From: Corallochytrium limacisporum Hawaii
Taxonomy: Eukaryota > Protista > Pluriformea
Reading direction: 5' to 3'
NCBI GenBank assembly: GCA_002811645.1
Contig: PDIP01000087.1
Location: 62,001 to 126,000, forward strand
DNA length: 64,000 bases
Positions within the stretch are counted from its first letter, which is position 1; each line of letters starts with the position of its first letter. Both the position numbers and the translations under genes were made by a program. Of the stretch, positions 51,878 to 62,173 are shown one piece after another. A model generated the notes under the pieces. It was not told the DNA's origin, ran no database searches, and saw only the letters and a program-made list of their open reading frames with translations.

Positions 51878-54091
51878 ATGACAGCCAAGGGCGCGACCGT
51901 GACCAACCCCAACATGACCAAGAGCGCCGGCAGTACCGGCCGGCCTGCAATAGCGACTTCTAAGACTTCGGCCCACAGTCACTCAAAAGTCCCCATGCAG
52001 AGCAGCAATCTACGCAAGACAACTGTCGTAACTCCATACTACCGAAAATATCGCACTGTGGGCCTGTGCCTCGCCGCTCGTGAACGTAGCGATGATCTCC
52101 TTCTCCGCTATATTTCGGCCAAGGCACCAAATCCCACTGAACTCGCAGGGGAGTGGGCGGGAATGCTGCCATATGACCGGCGCAGTGACGTCCGTGTCTT
52201 TTGGCAGGAGACTGACCAGGGCTACTGGCTCGGGCGCGCCTTTGTGCCAGGAGCAGGGACTAATCCCACTCACGGTTCGGGTTACAATATCTGGGGCAGG
52301 GCCGGACAGATTGAACGGAGGGAACGCTTCGACTGGGAGATAGCACCTTCTGCTGTTGATGCGAAGCCCGCCTTGATAATGCGCTATGACCGCTATTTGA
52401 ACGGATCCAGCGCCATTGGACGCGTGGATGAGCTCCGTGTACTAGAGAATGGCGTTTTTGTAGGAATTTATCAGTCCCGGATCGCTTTACCGCCCTTTAC
52501 GCGCGTCGCAAGCAGCACATCAGTGGAAGGCAAGGGTCAAGCCAGCGCAGGTCCTATGTCGCGGTTCGAGGTATTTCTCTTGGGCGGACCGGTGTCCATG
52601 ATGTGTCCCGGACCGGACGGTACTAGTGACAATGGCACAGGCGCGGCAGAAGCATCCACTTCGTCTGCTGGGGAGCCTGAGTTGGCAACGTGGACCAGCT
52701 CTCTAATCGATCCACATTTGGCGACAATCCGGCTCTGCCGCATTGTGACGACTCCGTTCCTGACGCGCCGTGTACTGACCGCGTTCCTGGCCTGGGTTGC
52801 CGGCTGGAAAACAGATTCGGGTATTATCCCACCAGCAACCCTGATGCGGGGCCCCCAGCCAGAGAGCATGGGAGACCGCGTCACTCGCAAGGCGTTGGCG
52901 TGGAGTATATCCATGGCACCAGGTTGGTTCAAGCGCCTGTGCCACGGTGCCGGGGAGTCGCGAACTTCGACTGTGCTGGAGTCAGACGGATTTGCCGACT
53001 CACAACAGTCTTTTCCAGGGCTTGACGAGGACCAACGTTTCCTGCTCGGCGTGATGACCGTGCTGAAGCCCATTGATAAACTTTTGGAGTCGCCAATGCC
53101 TTCCAACGCTGAGCTCAGAAGAGTGCTGCGTCGAGTCGGTGAGCAGGCTGCCGGGTTTTCAATAGCCGACGCCACCGTTACACCGACAACGGTCGCAGGA
53201 GGGGCCGGACCCCGGGTGGCGTGGCTCTACACCCCGAATTGTCTACTGGACGGAGATGGTAAACACAAGGACCAAGTTCGAGGCCTGGTTGTCTACTTCC
53301 ACGGCGGAGGCTGGGTCCAGGGGGACCTACTGGGCTTTGACCCCTTCTGCCGCCAACTTGCGGTGAGTGCCAAGGTTAAAGTTTTGTCCATCGACTATCG
53401 TCTTGCACCAGAAGATGTTTACCCGGCCGCCCTTGATGACTGCACCGCAGCCTTTCTGGATGCGGTGGCGCGGGCGGAGTCAGACTTCGGCTGCGATCCT
53501 GACCGTGTCGCTGTCGCTGGCGACAGTGCTGGCGGACACCTGGCCGCGACCGTTTGCCACCGCCTCGTGCAGGACACAGTAACGACGACGGACAAAATTC
53601 GCTCTACCGTGCTGGAGGATGCCAAGGGGAGCACCAAATTGTCGATGTTGATGGATGACAACAAGCGGAAGGGACTGACTATGAAGCCAGCCGCCCAACT
53701 GCTCTTGTATCCTGTAACGGACTGCTATGACTGGTTCCCGAGCAGACTGGAGAACTACCCAGGGCTCACTCTCGACGAAATGGTCCGCATGGAGGACACT
53801 TACTTTCCTCCGGATGTGGACCGCAAGCACCAATCGGTCAGCCCATTACACGCGCCCTCTTTCGAGGGACAGCCGCCTGCAGTCGTGCTCACTGCCGGAT
53901 TTGACATTCTCCGCGACGAGGGCGTGGCGTACGCGGACCGTCTACGCGCAGCGGGAGTAAAGGTTGAACACTTACACGAGGCTGGCGCAGTGCATGGGTG
54001 TTGCCTGCAATTGGTCGCATACCGTCGGACAGTAGAGGAGATTGGACAGGCGTTGAACATGCTGCTGAGCAATGCGGGCAAAGTTTATTGA
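51878..54091 (+). CDS. HSL-family alpha/beta hydrolase (Abhydrolase_3) with an extra N-terminal GxWxG-like domain
   Basis: YFHGGGWV, DYRLAPE, GDSAGG, QLLLYP, D.LRDEG..YA..L and AVHG. The N-terminal region reads AP...LAGEWAG...W.GRAF...GYN...S.VD.KP...Y...DELR. Confidence 0.85.
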   Translation: MTAKGATVTNPNMTKSAGSTGRPAIATSKTSAHSHSKVPMQSSNLRKTTVVTPYYRKYRTVGLCLAARERSDDLLLRYISAKAPNPTELAGEWAGMLPYDRRSDVRVFWQETDQGYWLGRAFVPGAGTNPTHGSGYNIWGRAGQIERRERFDWEIAPSAVDAKPALIMRYDRYLNGSSAIGRVDELRVLENGVFVGIYQSRIALPPFTRVASSTSVEGKGQASAGPMSRFEVFLLGGPVSMMCPGPDGTSDNGTGAAEASTSSAGEPELATWTSSLIDPHLATIRLCRIVTTPFLTRRVLTAFLAWVAGWKTDSGIIPPATLMRGPQPESMGDRVTRKALAWSISMAPGWFKRLCHGAGESRTSTVLESDGFADSQQSFPGLDEDQRFLLGVMTVLKPIDKLLESPMPSNAELRRVLRRVGEQAAGFSIADATVTPTTVAGGAGPRVAWLYTPNCLLDGDGKHKDQVRGLVVYFHGGGWVQGDLLGFDPFCRQLAVSAKVKVLSIDYRLAPEDVYPAALDDCTAAFLDAVARAESDFGCDPDRVAVAGDSAGGHLAATVCHRLVQDTVTTTDKIRSTVLEDAKGSTKLSMLMDDNKRKGLTMKPAAQLLLYPVTDCYDWFPSRLENYPGLTLDEMVRMEDTYFPPDVDRKHQSVSPLHAPSFEGQPPAVVLTAGFDILRDEGVAYADRLRAAGVKVEHLHEAGAVHGCCLQLVAYRRTVEEIGQALNMLLSNAGKVY

Positions 54092-54296
54092 AGGCCAGAA
54101 AGTTTGCAATAGAAAGCTCTTAAACGGCTCTAAACTGAACACATGTACTGTGACCTTTAAGAAGTGATGGTGAGCGACGACAAGATCTCACCTAAGAATA
54201 AATGATGATGAAGTTCTTGCTACGATGACGTACAGGAAGTAATAAATAACGCGACGACCAACATACAGACATGTCTACGGCGGCTGTATTTTGTCC

Positions 54297-55967
54297 TTAG
54301 TCCAAGAGCACAATGTCCTCCTGCGATTGCGATGGTTCCCCCGGCTCGTGGACTTCCCACCGCTTTGTCTGCTGATTGAAGTTGAGCCGGAGTGGGTGCT
54401 CCGCAGTGTTCCCATGCGCCTCGATCAGTGCCTTAATTTCTGGATCCACGACAAGGTCTTGAGTGCCACGGATAGGTCGGCTACAGATTGGACAATTGTC
54501 TCGCAGAGGCGCCTTCATATTACCCTCAATCAGTTTCTGCAGATCACGCGCTCTTCGCGTAGCCGCCCTCTCGGCGGGTGTCCGCTTCTGTCGTTTCGCG
54601 ACGCGAGCCGCCTCCAATTGCCGCTCCCGGGACCGCTGGAGATCTTCAATCTCCGCTTGCTTCCTCTGTCGAAGGTAGTTCAGAAAGGCGTCGCGATCAA
54701 ATACCTGCCCATGCCGACAACCCACTGCCCGGCACGGCATATGAATCGGCAGCCGCGTGATTGGATCGATGAGCTCTACTGTCTCCGCAGCTTCGACAAG
54801 GTCAGGTCCATCAGAGCTTGCAACTCCTCCGTAGATGTCGGACTGCCCAACTAACGATTGATTGGATTGCAACTGTTGAAGAGGCATATGTCCCTGTTGT
54901 GCGCGTCTGCGCTGCAATGCGGTTGCAGCCGCCGCCGCCTCTGCAGCTGCCCTGGCCGCCGCAGAACGAACAGGTGTCGTGGCCGTCAAAGGTTGGGGCT
55001 GCGGCTCTGGGACGTACCCGGGGCTCAGCGGGCGGCCAGTGTCGAGAATGGACTGTAGCAGTGCATGGCCCGCGCCCCCATCGATCGTTACGCCGGAGCT
55101 TTGATGTGGCTGTGGCAGTGGTTCTGCGACAGCAGTGGAATTGTTGTCATTCGACGACGACGGGGACCTGTCTTGCGGGGAACCACTAGGCAGAGACGGC
55201 CGAAGTGGTGACGATGGCGACCCAGAGGGTGGGATCTGTTCCGGATCTTGGCCCACAGACCGGGACCCAGCCACAGCCTTCGCTCCCGATCCCAGACTCG
55301 ATCTCGTTGACCCCTGAAGTCCCGATCCTGTCAACCCCGAAGCCACATTCATCCAATTTCGGGTAGGATCCTTCCGCACCCCCGTTAGGAGACTCCGCAG
55401 CGAATTCTTTGTTAGGGCAAACTGGCGCTGCATGGTTCGACCCAAGTCCGATTCCGCTCCAGGAGCCCTGAGCGTCACTGAAATGTAACCCTTGAGCTCC
55501 CAGCGACTGACCTTGCCATCCAGGACCCGTTCCCGCAGGTCATAGTCTTTGGTGTCATTGCCGCGCTTTACTGTAATGATCCACCTCCCGGTCTGGGGAT
55601 GTGTGGTGATGCCACGGATCAGGCACACCCGTGCCTTATCCCACGCGTCCTTCGGAGGCGGGATCTTCTTGATGCGAACCAAAGCACCCGGTAATCCTTG
55701 CAAATTAAGAGGGTTTCCGTTAATGATCATCTCAATATCCTTGCAGTCCACAACACACGCAGCCATATCGTCCTTGATTAGGTCGTAGACGGAACGGACT
55801 GGGCTGTCCCTAACAGTAGAAGGCAACGATCCTGATGGCTCAGTACTACTATGGCTTCCTACCTCGGTAGCGCTATTATCAGTGTTGTACTGCGGCGACA
55901 TGGTGTTATGCACTGACGTCAGTGATACTGTGCGCGGATGAATCGGGCGCTCTGTCGTAATCGCCAT
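54297..55967 (-). CDS. Putative SUMO E3 ligase-like protein: Plus3-like domain plus C-terminal SP-RING (zf-MIZ)
   Basis: SP-RING-like LIDPIT..PI..PCR...C.H.Q.FD...FL...CPIC.....DL.VD. Plus3-like GALVRI...RVCLIRGI...TVKRGNDTKDY.L. First ATG is at 55967. Confidence 0.65.
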   Translation of the reverse strand: MAITTERPIHPRTVSLTSVHNTMSPQYNTDNSATEVGSHSSTEPSGSLPSTVRDSPVRSVYDLIKDDMAACVVDCKDIEMIINGNPLNLQGLPGALVRIKKIPPPKDAWDKARVCLIRGITTHPQTGRWIITVKRGNDTKDYDLRERVLDGKVSRWELKGYISVTLRAPGAESDLGRTMQRQFALTKNSLRSLLTGVRKDPTRNWMNVASGLTGSGLQGSTRSSLGSGAKAVAGSRSVGQDPEQIPPSGSPSSPLRPSLPSGSPQDRSPSSSNDNNSTAVAEPLPQPHQSSGVTIDGGAGHALLQSILDTGRPLSPGYVPEPQPQPLTATTPVRSAAARAAAEAAAAATALQRRRAQQGHMPLQQLQSNQSLVGQSDIYGGVASSDGPDLVEAAETVELIDPITRLPIHMPCRAVGCRHGQVFDRDAFLNYLRQRKQAEIEDLQRSRERQLEAARVAKRQKRTPAERAATRRARDLQKLIEGNMKAPLRDNCPICSRPIRGTQDLVVDPEIKALIEAHGNTAEHPLRLNFNQQTKRWEVHEPGEPSQSQEDIVLLD

Positions 55968-56879
55968 CTGTTTCCGTATTTCACTTAGCGAATGCAATCC
56001 GCATTGTTCTACTATTCGCTTGCATTACTATTCAATTGCATGGTCAAACATTCCAATTCTCTTCCACACGTTTGTTCACGCCCCGAAAAGCTAGTCACGA
56101 AACTTCTCCTTTCATCTGCGTAGTGTACTGTGCATCAAGTTCTAAGTTTACTTTCACGTCACCGAAAGAATGTAGTTGCACGACTTCGATCCTCATCCAG
56201 ATACAGTCTATGGCTCTTCCCTGTCGTCTACTTATAGAGATGTTGCGATGATCAAAGCTCATCAAAGAAAACTGATTAAAGGAAAAGCAATCTTTTCGGA
56301 CCCGAAGCTCTCACAGCTTTTTCTGTGGTCTCGCCAACCCGCACACGATGCAACTCCCGGACTGGGCGCAGTGGCCGTTACTGGCATCGGAAGAGAGCGT
56401 GCTGGTCGGAGGAGGTAGTTGGGCAGTTTGAGGAGAGGTACTTTCGCTTTTGCGGCCCCCCCCTGTCCTCAACCCACTCTCCGCTGCGGCGCGCGAAAAA
56501 CTTGGCCTCCTTATACCCCCATAAAATTGACTCCCGAACCCAGCGCAAATTTCGATTCTGTGAGTTCATCTTCAGTTTCACAAATGGTGCAAAGTTTAGT
56601 GAACAAGTTTTGCATACCGTTCACCGCGATCACTAATTGAGTCGATGGGCGGTGTGAGTGCATACTAAATCGGGTGACTGCATGGATACAGGTGTCAAGA
56701 GGGTTTTGTAATTGCGTGGCTATTAAGTCTATGGTACGAGAAAGGGTTAATGGATTGGAAGCTTCCTTGGATTACTTGATCGTTGCTTCCTAACTAAGAT
56801 GAGTATGTTCGAGAAGGAAACCAACCGTCACAAAGGAAATCAAAGAGATAATTGTCGTTGAGAGAGATCTACTCGGGGT

Positions 56880-59800
56880 TCAACCAGATTTGCTAGTCAG
56901 CACCTTGTCCCTCCACTGGCTCTTCTCCTCCAGTGCGGTGCGCATGGCCGTTAGCATAGGATTCATCATTCCACGAGCCCTGTATCGGCGTGATCGGAAC
57001 GCACGGCATGTCTTGCGGTAGACACTGATCTTATTGATTAGCTCAGTCAGGGCCTCTTCATTGTCGTAGTCGTGGCAAAGCCTGACAATGCGCTGGGGTG
57101 CACCCTTCGTCACGGTACCCTCGACGCGAACATACTCGATGACCTTCCAGTTCTCAAACAAGTTCAGGGCATTGGCAATCGTGTCCTTGGCCACCGCCTC
57201 AAACAGATCAAGTTGTCCCTCAAAGTACATGTTCTCTCCCACTGCCTGGATCCTACTAATCAGAGCCTCCGCCGTAATCGCCTGATTGGGCAGAATTGTG
57301 TACAAGGTCAGAGCGGTCAGGAAGTAGCTGTCAATAAAATGCCAGAATAGTGAACAGAAGAACAGATAGGTCGCCGTTCCCGGTGCCTCCAACTCGTCTG
57401 GATTGGTGCGCTGGCCTCCCGTGGCGGTGGTGGGGTCCTCGTTGACGCGGTAGATGCCATCGTCGGCTTTCTTAAGCACCCCAAATCGCTCCATCTGTCG
57501 GGCAGTGTCCTGGACATCCTCAGTAACATTAGGACTGGGTTTGTAGACGAATTCGTACTTGAGCATATTGGCGAGGAACCTGACGCGTTTCTCAATGGTG
57601 TGAATGTCGGCATCGCAGGGCTGAGCTAGGCCACCGTCACGTTTTTCGATGGAATAAATCGCACAGGCAACCAGACCCTCAGCTACAAAGTAGTGAATCA
57701 GTTGATTACGGTACAGGGACAATTCCAGGCGTTCCCGAGGATTGTACAGCTTGAGCATGAAGCGGTCCTTGTGTCGTTTGACCAGCTGATTGTTGCCCAC
57801 AATCTTCTCCAGGACCAGGCTGATGACAAGGTTGATATTGTCGTCTGTGATGGGCTGCACACGACCACCTCGCGCGCTGATCAGGTCAGAAAGCCAGTGT
57901 ACTTCCCGCAACAGAGTATGCTTCTTGAGAGCGCGCTGGTAGTGCGTCAGTAGAACGGTAGCCACCAGAGCTGCACAAGACACGACTGAGGCCTTGTTCA
58001 TTTCGTAGAGAGCCCGGTAACCCACCGCAAAACTCAAATGTTTCTTCGACTCTGCCGTCATAACGTCCTCCCAGTTGCGTTCCCGGGCAAACTGTTGCAT
58101 GTAGCCGCGCAGACTGAACGGTTGGGCAATGCGAATATCCACACGACCGAACGTGTTCACTTCCGTATACGCATTGGTCATCATGGTAAGGACATTGCGC
58201 AGGGTCTGGGCGGTCGTTTCCTTAGTCTTCTGTCCACCGGCGAGCTCCAATACATGGCTCTCATTCTCAACTATACGGTCGTAGCAGAGCGCAATGGGCA
58301 CGAGTTGTACGTCAGGCACGGTGCCGTCCGTAACCGCATCGACAATGGTCCGCAGCACACCAATGCGCGGCGGCAGGAGCTTGCCGCTGCGGCTGCGTCC
58401 ACCTTCGATGAAGACCTCAATGTTTTCTCCAGCACTGATCAGTTCTTTCACAACATTTCGGAACACAATGTAGTAGAGAGGGTCAGAGTCCTGCATGAAA
58501 TTGCGTCGAATGAACAGCGCACCGCCAGCCCGTAGCATGCGCCCAATGCCAGGCATGTTCAAGTTGTCCCCCGCGACGACCGCAGGCATAGGCAAGTTGT
58601 GCTCGTAGCAGAAGGACAGCATCATCAGATAATCAATGTGCGACTTGTGTGTTGGCATGAGGATGACTGGACCTTTGGCCATCGCCTCACGCAGACGCTC
58701 CACCTCGTCCTCGTCATAATGCACACCAAAGACGTAGAACGCCCGCCAAGCCTTGCGAAGCATCCATACAAAAACGCGCATGGCAATCATGTTGGTCTGA
58801 GCAATCATGACATCCATGATCTCGTACGCTTTTCGCAGACGCTTGCGGTTGCGCCTGGGTGTGCCCAACGGTGACTCTGGCACGGATCCTGGATTTCCCG
58901 ACGGATTTGAGTTGAAGATTTCCGAATTATTACGGCGAAGGCGGCGGATGCTGTGGTCGCTGTGGTAGCCGATCGCTTCGCTTACCTCGTCACGGGTGAC
59001 CACACTCTCCATGACAATGCGGCGCTGTTCAGAGGTCAGTGGGCGCCAGTCACAATGGTAACTGTCAAAGGCGGCCCAATAAATATCCGAGGCCACATAC
59101 TTCAAGACAAGCTTGAAGAACCAACCCACCCAGCTCAGGAGAGTTAGTGAGTAGATTGCAGAAAGGATCCAACCGATGAAGCCCCGCCCTGCCGGCGCCT
59201 CCGCCTCTTTGAGACGGTTTAGATTACCGTGCGGGCTGTAGCTACGGCTGATGGGCGTCATTGACCGGGAGCGTTTGTGCGATACTGGTGACTTGCCGCT
59301 AGATCCGGAACGACCGGTCATTGACGCACTGCGGAAATGCGGCGCTGCAGCGGACTTTGGAGAGAGCATGTCAATTTCAGAGCCTTCGTGGTCCGAAGTC
59401 ATGGTCGATGATCCAACACTGAACCCTGTGTTGGTTCTGGGTCCTCCTCGGGGGCTCTGCTGTGATCCTTCGGCCGTACTCCGGGGTGAATTCGGGGCCT
59501 CGTCTCCGAGCGCCGTGTAAACTTGATTTTCCATTGAACTCAATGCCTGTGACGCCACGTGAATGGCTGGAGCCACAGTGGTAAGGACGCTGTGGTAGGC
59601 ACGCTGGGCGAGGGAGCCGCGCTGCTGGCCACTACCAGCAGCACGCTCATCAAGTGGCTGGAAGCCGTTCTGTTGCTGATGCTGTGATGACGGGGTTGCG
59701 GTGTGTCCTCGGGTGCCTCCAACATGGGCTGTCGTGTTTTTCTCGCCGTTTTCTTCGTCTTGTTTGTTGCCGTTTGCTTCAAACGAGCGTCGGACTGCTT

Positions 59801-60170
59801 CCCGCAAGGCTTCATCCCCGTGGTGGTGTTGAGAAGATGATCCGTCAGTCTCTTCCATGTCCTCGTCCTCTGTGTCAACCCGCTGATGAGCATGGTGCCG
59901 TTCTTGGTCCATGTGCAGGCCACTTTCCGCCTCGCTCAGCTCCGAAGGGGAATAGTCGTCGCCCTTGGGTAAATTGGCGACGCCGCCGCTCTGACTAGGC
60001 TTTGCTCCATTCTTCTCCGGCGAGCCAAGGCGCTGCTCGTCGATGGGCCGGACCTGCTGTTCAATTGCTGATTCGTGGTCATCGGCATTAAGGTGCTGCT
60101 GTTTCTGCTTCGGAGATGTGACCGTCGGGTCATTCCCGTTGGAAGACTCAAGGGAAGTGCCCGGTGCCAT
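56880..60170 (-). CDS. Glycerol-3-phosphate / dihydroxyacetone-phosphate acyltransferase (GPAT1/GNPAT family) with long disordered N-terminus
   Basis: PTHKSHIDY, AGDNL, GALFIRR, FIEGGRSRSGK, VPI...YD.I.E, LSLYRNQL.H.F and L.YEF. First ATG is at 60170. Confidence 0.9.
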   Translation of the reverse strand: MAPGTSLESSNGNDPTVTSPKQKQQHLNADDHESAIEQQVRPIDEQRLGSPEKNGAKPSQSGGVANLPKGDDYSPSELSEAESGLHMDQERHHAHQRVDTEDEDMEETDGSSSQHHHGDEALREAVRRSFEANGNKQDEENGEKNTTAHVGGTRGHTATPSSQHQQQNGFQPLDERAAGSGQQRGSLAQRAYHSVLTTVAPAIHVASQALSSMENQVYTALGDEAPNSPRSTAEGSQQSPRGGPRTNTGFSVGSSTMTSDHEGSEIDMLSPKSAAAPHFRSASMTGRSGSSGKSPVSHKRSRSMTPISRSYSPHGNLNRLKEAEAPAGRGFIGWILSAIYSLTLLSWVGWFFKLVLKYVASDIYWAAFDSYHCDWRPLTSEQRRIVMESVVTRDEVSEAIGYHSDHSIRRLRRNNSEIFNSNPSGNPGSVPESPLGTPRRNRKRLRKAYEIMDVMIAQTNMIAMRVFVWMLRKAWRAFYVFGVHYDEDEVERLREAMAKGPVILMPTHKSHIDYLMMLSFCYEHNLPMPAVVAGDNLNMPGIGRMLRAGGALFIRRNFMQDSDPLYYIVFRNVVKELISAGENIEVFIEGGRSRSGKLLPPRIGVLRTIVDAVTDGTVPDVQLVPIALCYDRIVENESHVLELAGGQKTKETTAQTLRNVLTMMTNAYTEVNTFGRVDIRIAQPFSLRGYMQQFARERNWEDVMTAESKKHLSFAVGYRALYEMNKASVVSCAALVATVLLTHYQRALKKHTLLREVHWLSDLISARGGRVQPITDDNINLVISLVLEKIVGNNQLVKRHKDRFMLKLYNPRERLELSLYRNQLIHYFVAEGLVACAIYSIEKRDGGLAQPCDADIHTIEKRVRFLANMLKYEFVYKPSPNVTEDVQDTARQMERFGVLKKADDGIYRVNEDPTTATGGQRTNPDELEAPGTATYLFFCSLFWHFIDSYFLTALTLYTILPNQAITAEALISRIQAVGENMYFEGQLDLFEAVAKDTIANALNLFENWKVIEYVRVEGTVTKGAPQRIVRLCHDYDNEEALTELINKISVYRKTCRAFRSRRYRARGMMNPMLTAMRTALEEKSQWRDKVLTSKSG

Positions 60171-60582
60171 CCTGGCGTACAAGTCCTCTTCCCTAGGAAT
60201 GGTTGCTGTGTATTTGTAATGCAACGAATTGGGAACTGAACCCAAAAGGAGTCAAGACCCGAGGTGTGCGTACAACAATAATCGTAGCAGATGCGGAAAA
60301 AAAGAAACCAACCAACCGGTCGAAGTCCCGTTGTGACACTGAGTATGAAAGTGATTGGAGTGGGGTGTGCGAACTTGTGGCCCTTCCGTACCGTGTCGTG
60401 CTATTTTAAGGTAGATGCTGGAGGGCAATAAAACCTCCTCCGTCCTAACTCTTCAGATGTACCTTCGCCACTATCTAATTATCCCGCATAAGATAGTAAA
60501 ACTGACTCTACAGAGCATGACCCTGACCAAAAGTGTGCCCGCGTAACATCCTCACTCGGGCTTTCGAATCGATCTTGGTGTA

Positions 60583-61541
60583 CGTGCGTGCGTGCGTGCG
60601 TGCGTGTGTATTCTTGGCCATCGTCGTGGTTTTTCTCAGTTCCGTGGTTTCCGTGTTTCCCAAAAATCGAAAAAAAAAGGAAAAAAAGCAGAGAACCGCA
60701 GGGACAACACCGGGCCAAAAGAAAAAAAGAGAGAGAAAAAGACAAGGGAAATGGAATAAAAGGAAAAGGAAGAAATGGAGAAGGAGGGCCAAATGAGAGA
60801 TAAAGAAAGAAAAGAAAGAAAGAAGGAAAGAAAACTTTCACTTTCTTTTCTCGGAAAAAAAAAGCCGAAACAAAAACCATAAAAAAGACCAACCAAGAAA
60901 TACTTGGACCGGTCTCGGTGGTGGGCGGGTTTTGGCTGGTCCCAAATTGCGCGGTTGCGGCGGGCTTTGGGTGGGTGTGGGTGAGAGGAAGGGGGGGGAA
61001 GGATCGGTGGCTGTGAAGTGAAGTCTCACACGCAAGCAAAGCAAGCACGCACGAAGAAGTAGGGAAAATATCCAAAGAAAAAAGAAAAAACCAGAGAGAC
61101 CGCAGCCACACAGAGCGAGAGAGAGAGAGAGAGAGACAGAGCAGAGAAAAAAAAATAACGTTTTCCCAGTCACACAGGACCGCACCCTTCCGTTTTTTTC
61201 CGTACCATCCCCGGGGGGGGGAGGGGTTCCCCTTCCCTGCCCTTCCACTCAAACCTCCCTCTTTTTTCACTGTTTCGTTTGTTTCACTTTTCCTTTCCAG
61301 AGTTTTCTGTCTTTCTTTTTTTTGGTGAAAAACCAAGGGAAAGGAAGGGAAAGAGACCAAAAGAAAAACCAAATCCTGCCCAAAGACCCAAAGAGCAAAA
61401 AGGAAGAAAAAAGGGACGAAAAATCCAAAAAAATCCCGCTGACGCCCCTTTTTGTGATGACGGGACACATCGCAAGACACAGAGACACACACACACACAG
61501 AGACACACACAGAGACACAGAGAGAGAGAGAGTGTGTGTGT
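60583..61541. repeat. Low-complexity intergenic tract: (GCGT)n, A-rich purine runs, (GA)n and (CA)n/(GA)n microsatellites
   Basis: Read directly, for example at 60583-60609, 61117-61138 and 61476-61541. Confidence 0.85.
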
Positions 61542-62075
61542 TCAGCCCCTGTGAGGTCTCTCACCGCCCAAACGCGGCAACGAAAGTGACGGCACGGTTG
61601 GATATCTCTATATTAAATGTACTGAGGTTACCGATGGTGACCTTGGTAAGATGCTCGCATGACGTGTGTCTTCCACCCCCCCTTTCTTCTCCCCATCTGT
61701 GGATCAGTTCGGATTCCTTAGGTATATGACAATTACTGCAATCTTAGTCCATGCAACATAATTTCTCCCCCCACCCCCCCCCTTTTTCTCTTCTGCGCAG
61801 TTTTAGTTTTCTTTGGTAGCGCGTCAGTGCGAAAGAATTCATATACATAAAACACCGGGAAGTGTGGCGTGACTTCCCACACGGTGAAACCCTGAGCTTC
61901 AGGGAAAGGAAAGAGCTGGGAAAGAGAGAGAAAGAGAAAAGAAAAATGGGAAAAAGAAATTTCAAAAGGTCCAAGCTTTCAGCAGCAGCAGCAGCAAAGC
62001 GACAGGCCGGCAGAGAAGAGAAGGGGGGGGGGGGGGGGGGAGGTTAGAACGTCGTCGTCTGCCTTTTGAAAAAGG

Positions 62076-62173
62076 NNNNNNNNNNNNNNNNNNNNNNNNN
62101 NNNNNNNNNNNNNNNNNNNNNNNNNNNNNNNNNNNNNNNNNNNNNNNNNNNNNNNNNNNNNNNNNNNNNNNNN
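62076..62173. other. Assembly gap flanked by a 36-nt direct duplication
   Basis: GAGGTTAGAACGTCGTCGTCTGCCTTTTGAAAAAGG occurs at 62040-62075 and 62190-62225. Confidence 0.95.

Noticed and set aside
54200-54240. ATGATGA box C-like motifs in intergenic DNA (also ~50998-51016)
   Set aside because: No suitably placed box D, terminal stem or rRNA-complementary guide was found.
60479-61564. 361-aa Phe-rich ORF and neighbouring Lys-rich ORFs
   Set aside because: They arise from low-complexity A/T-run intergenic sequence and have no domain signal.
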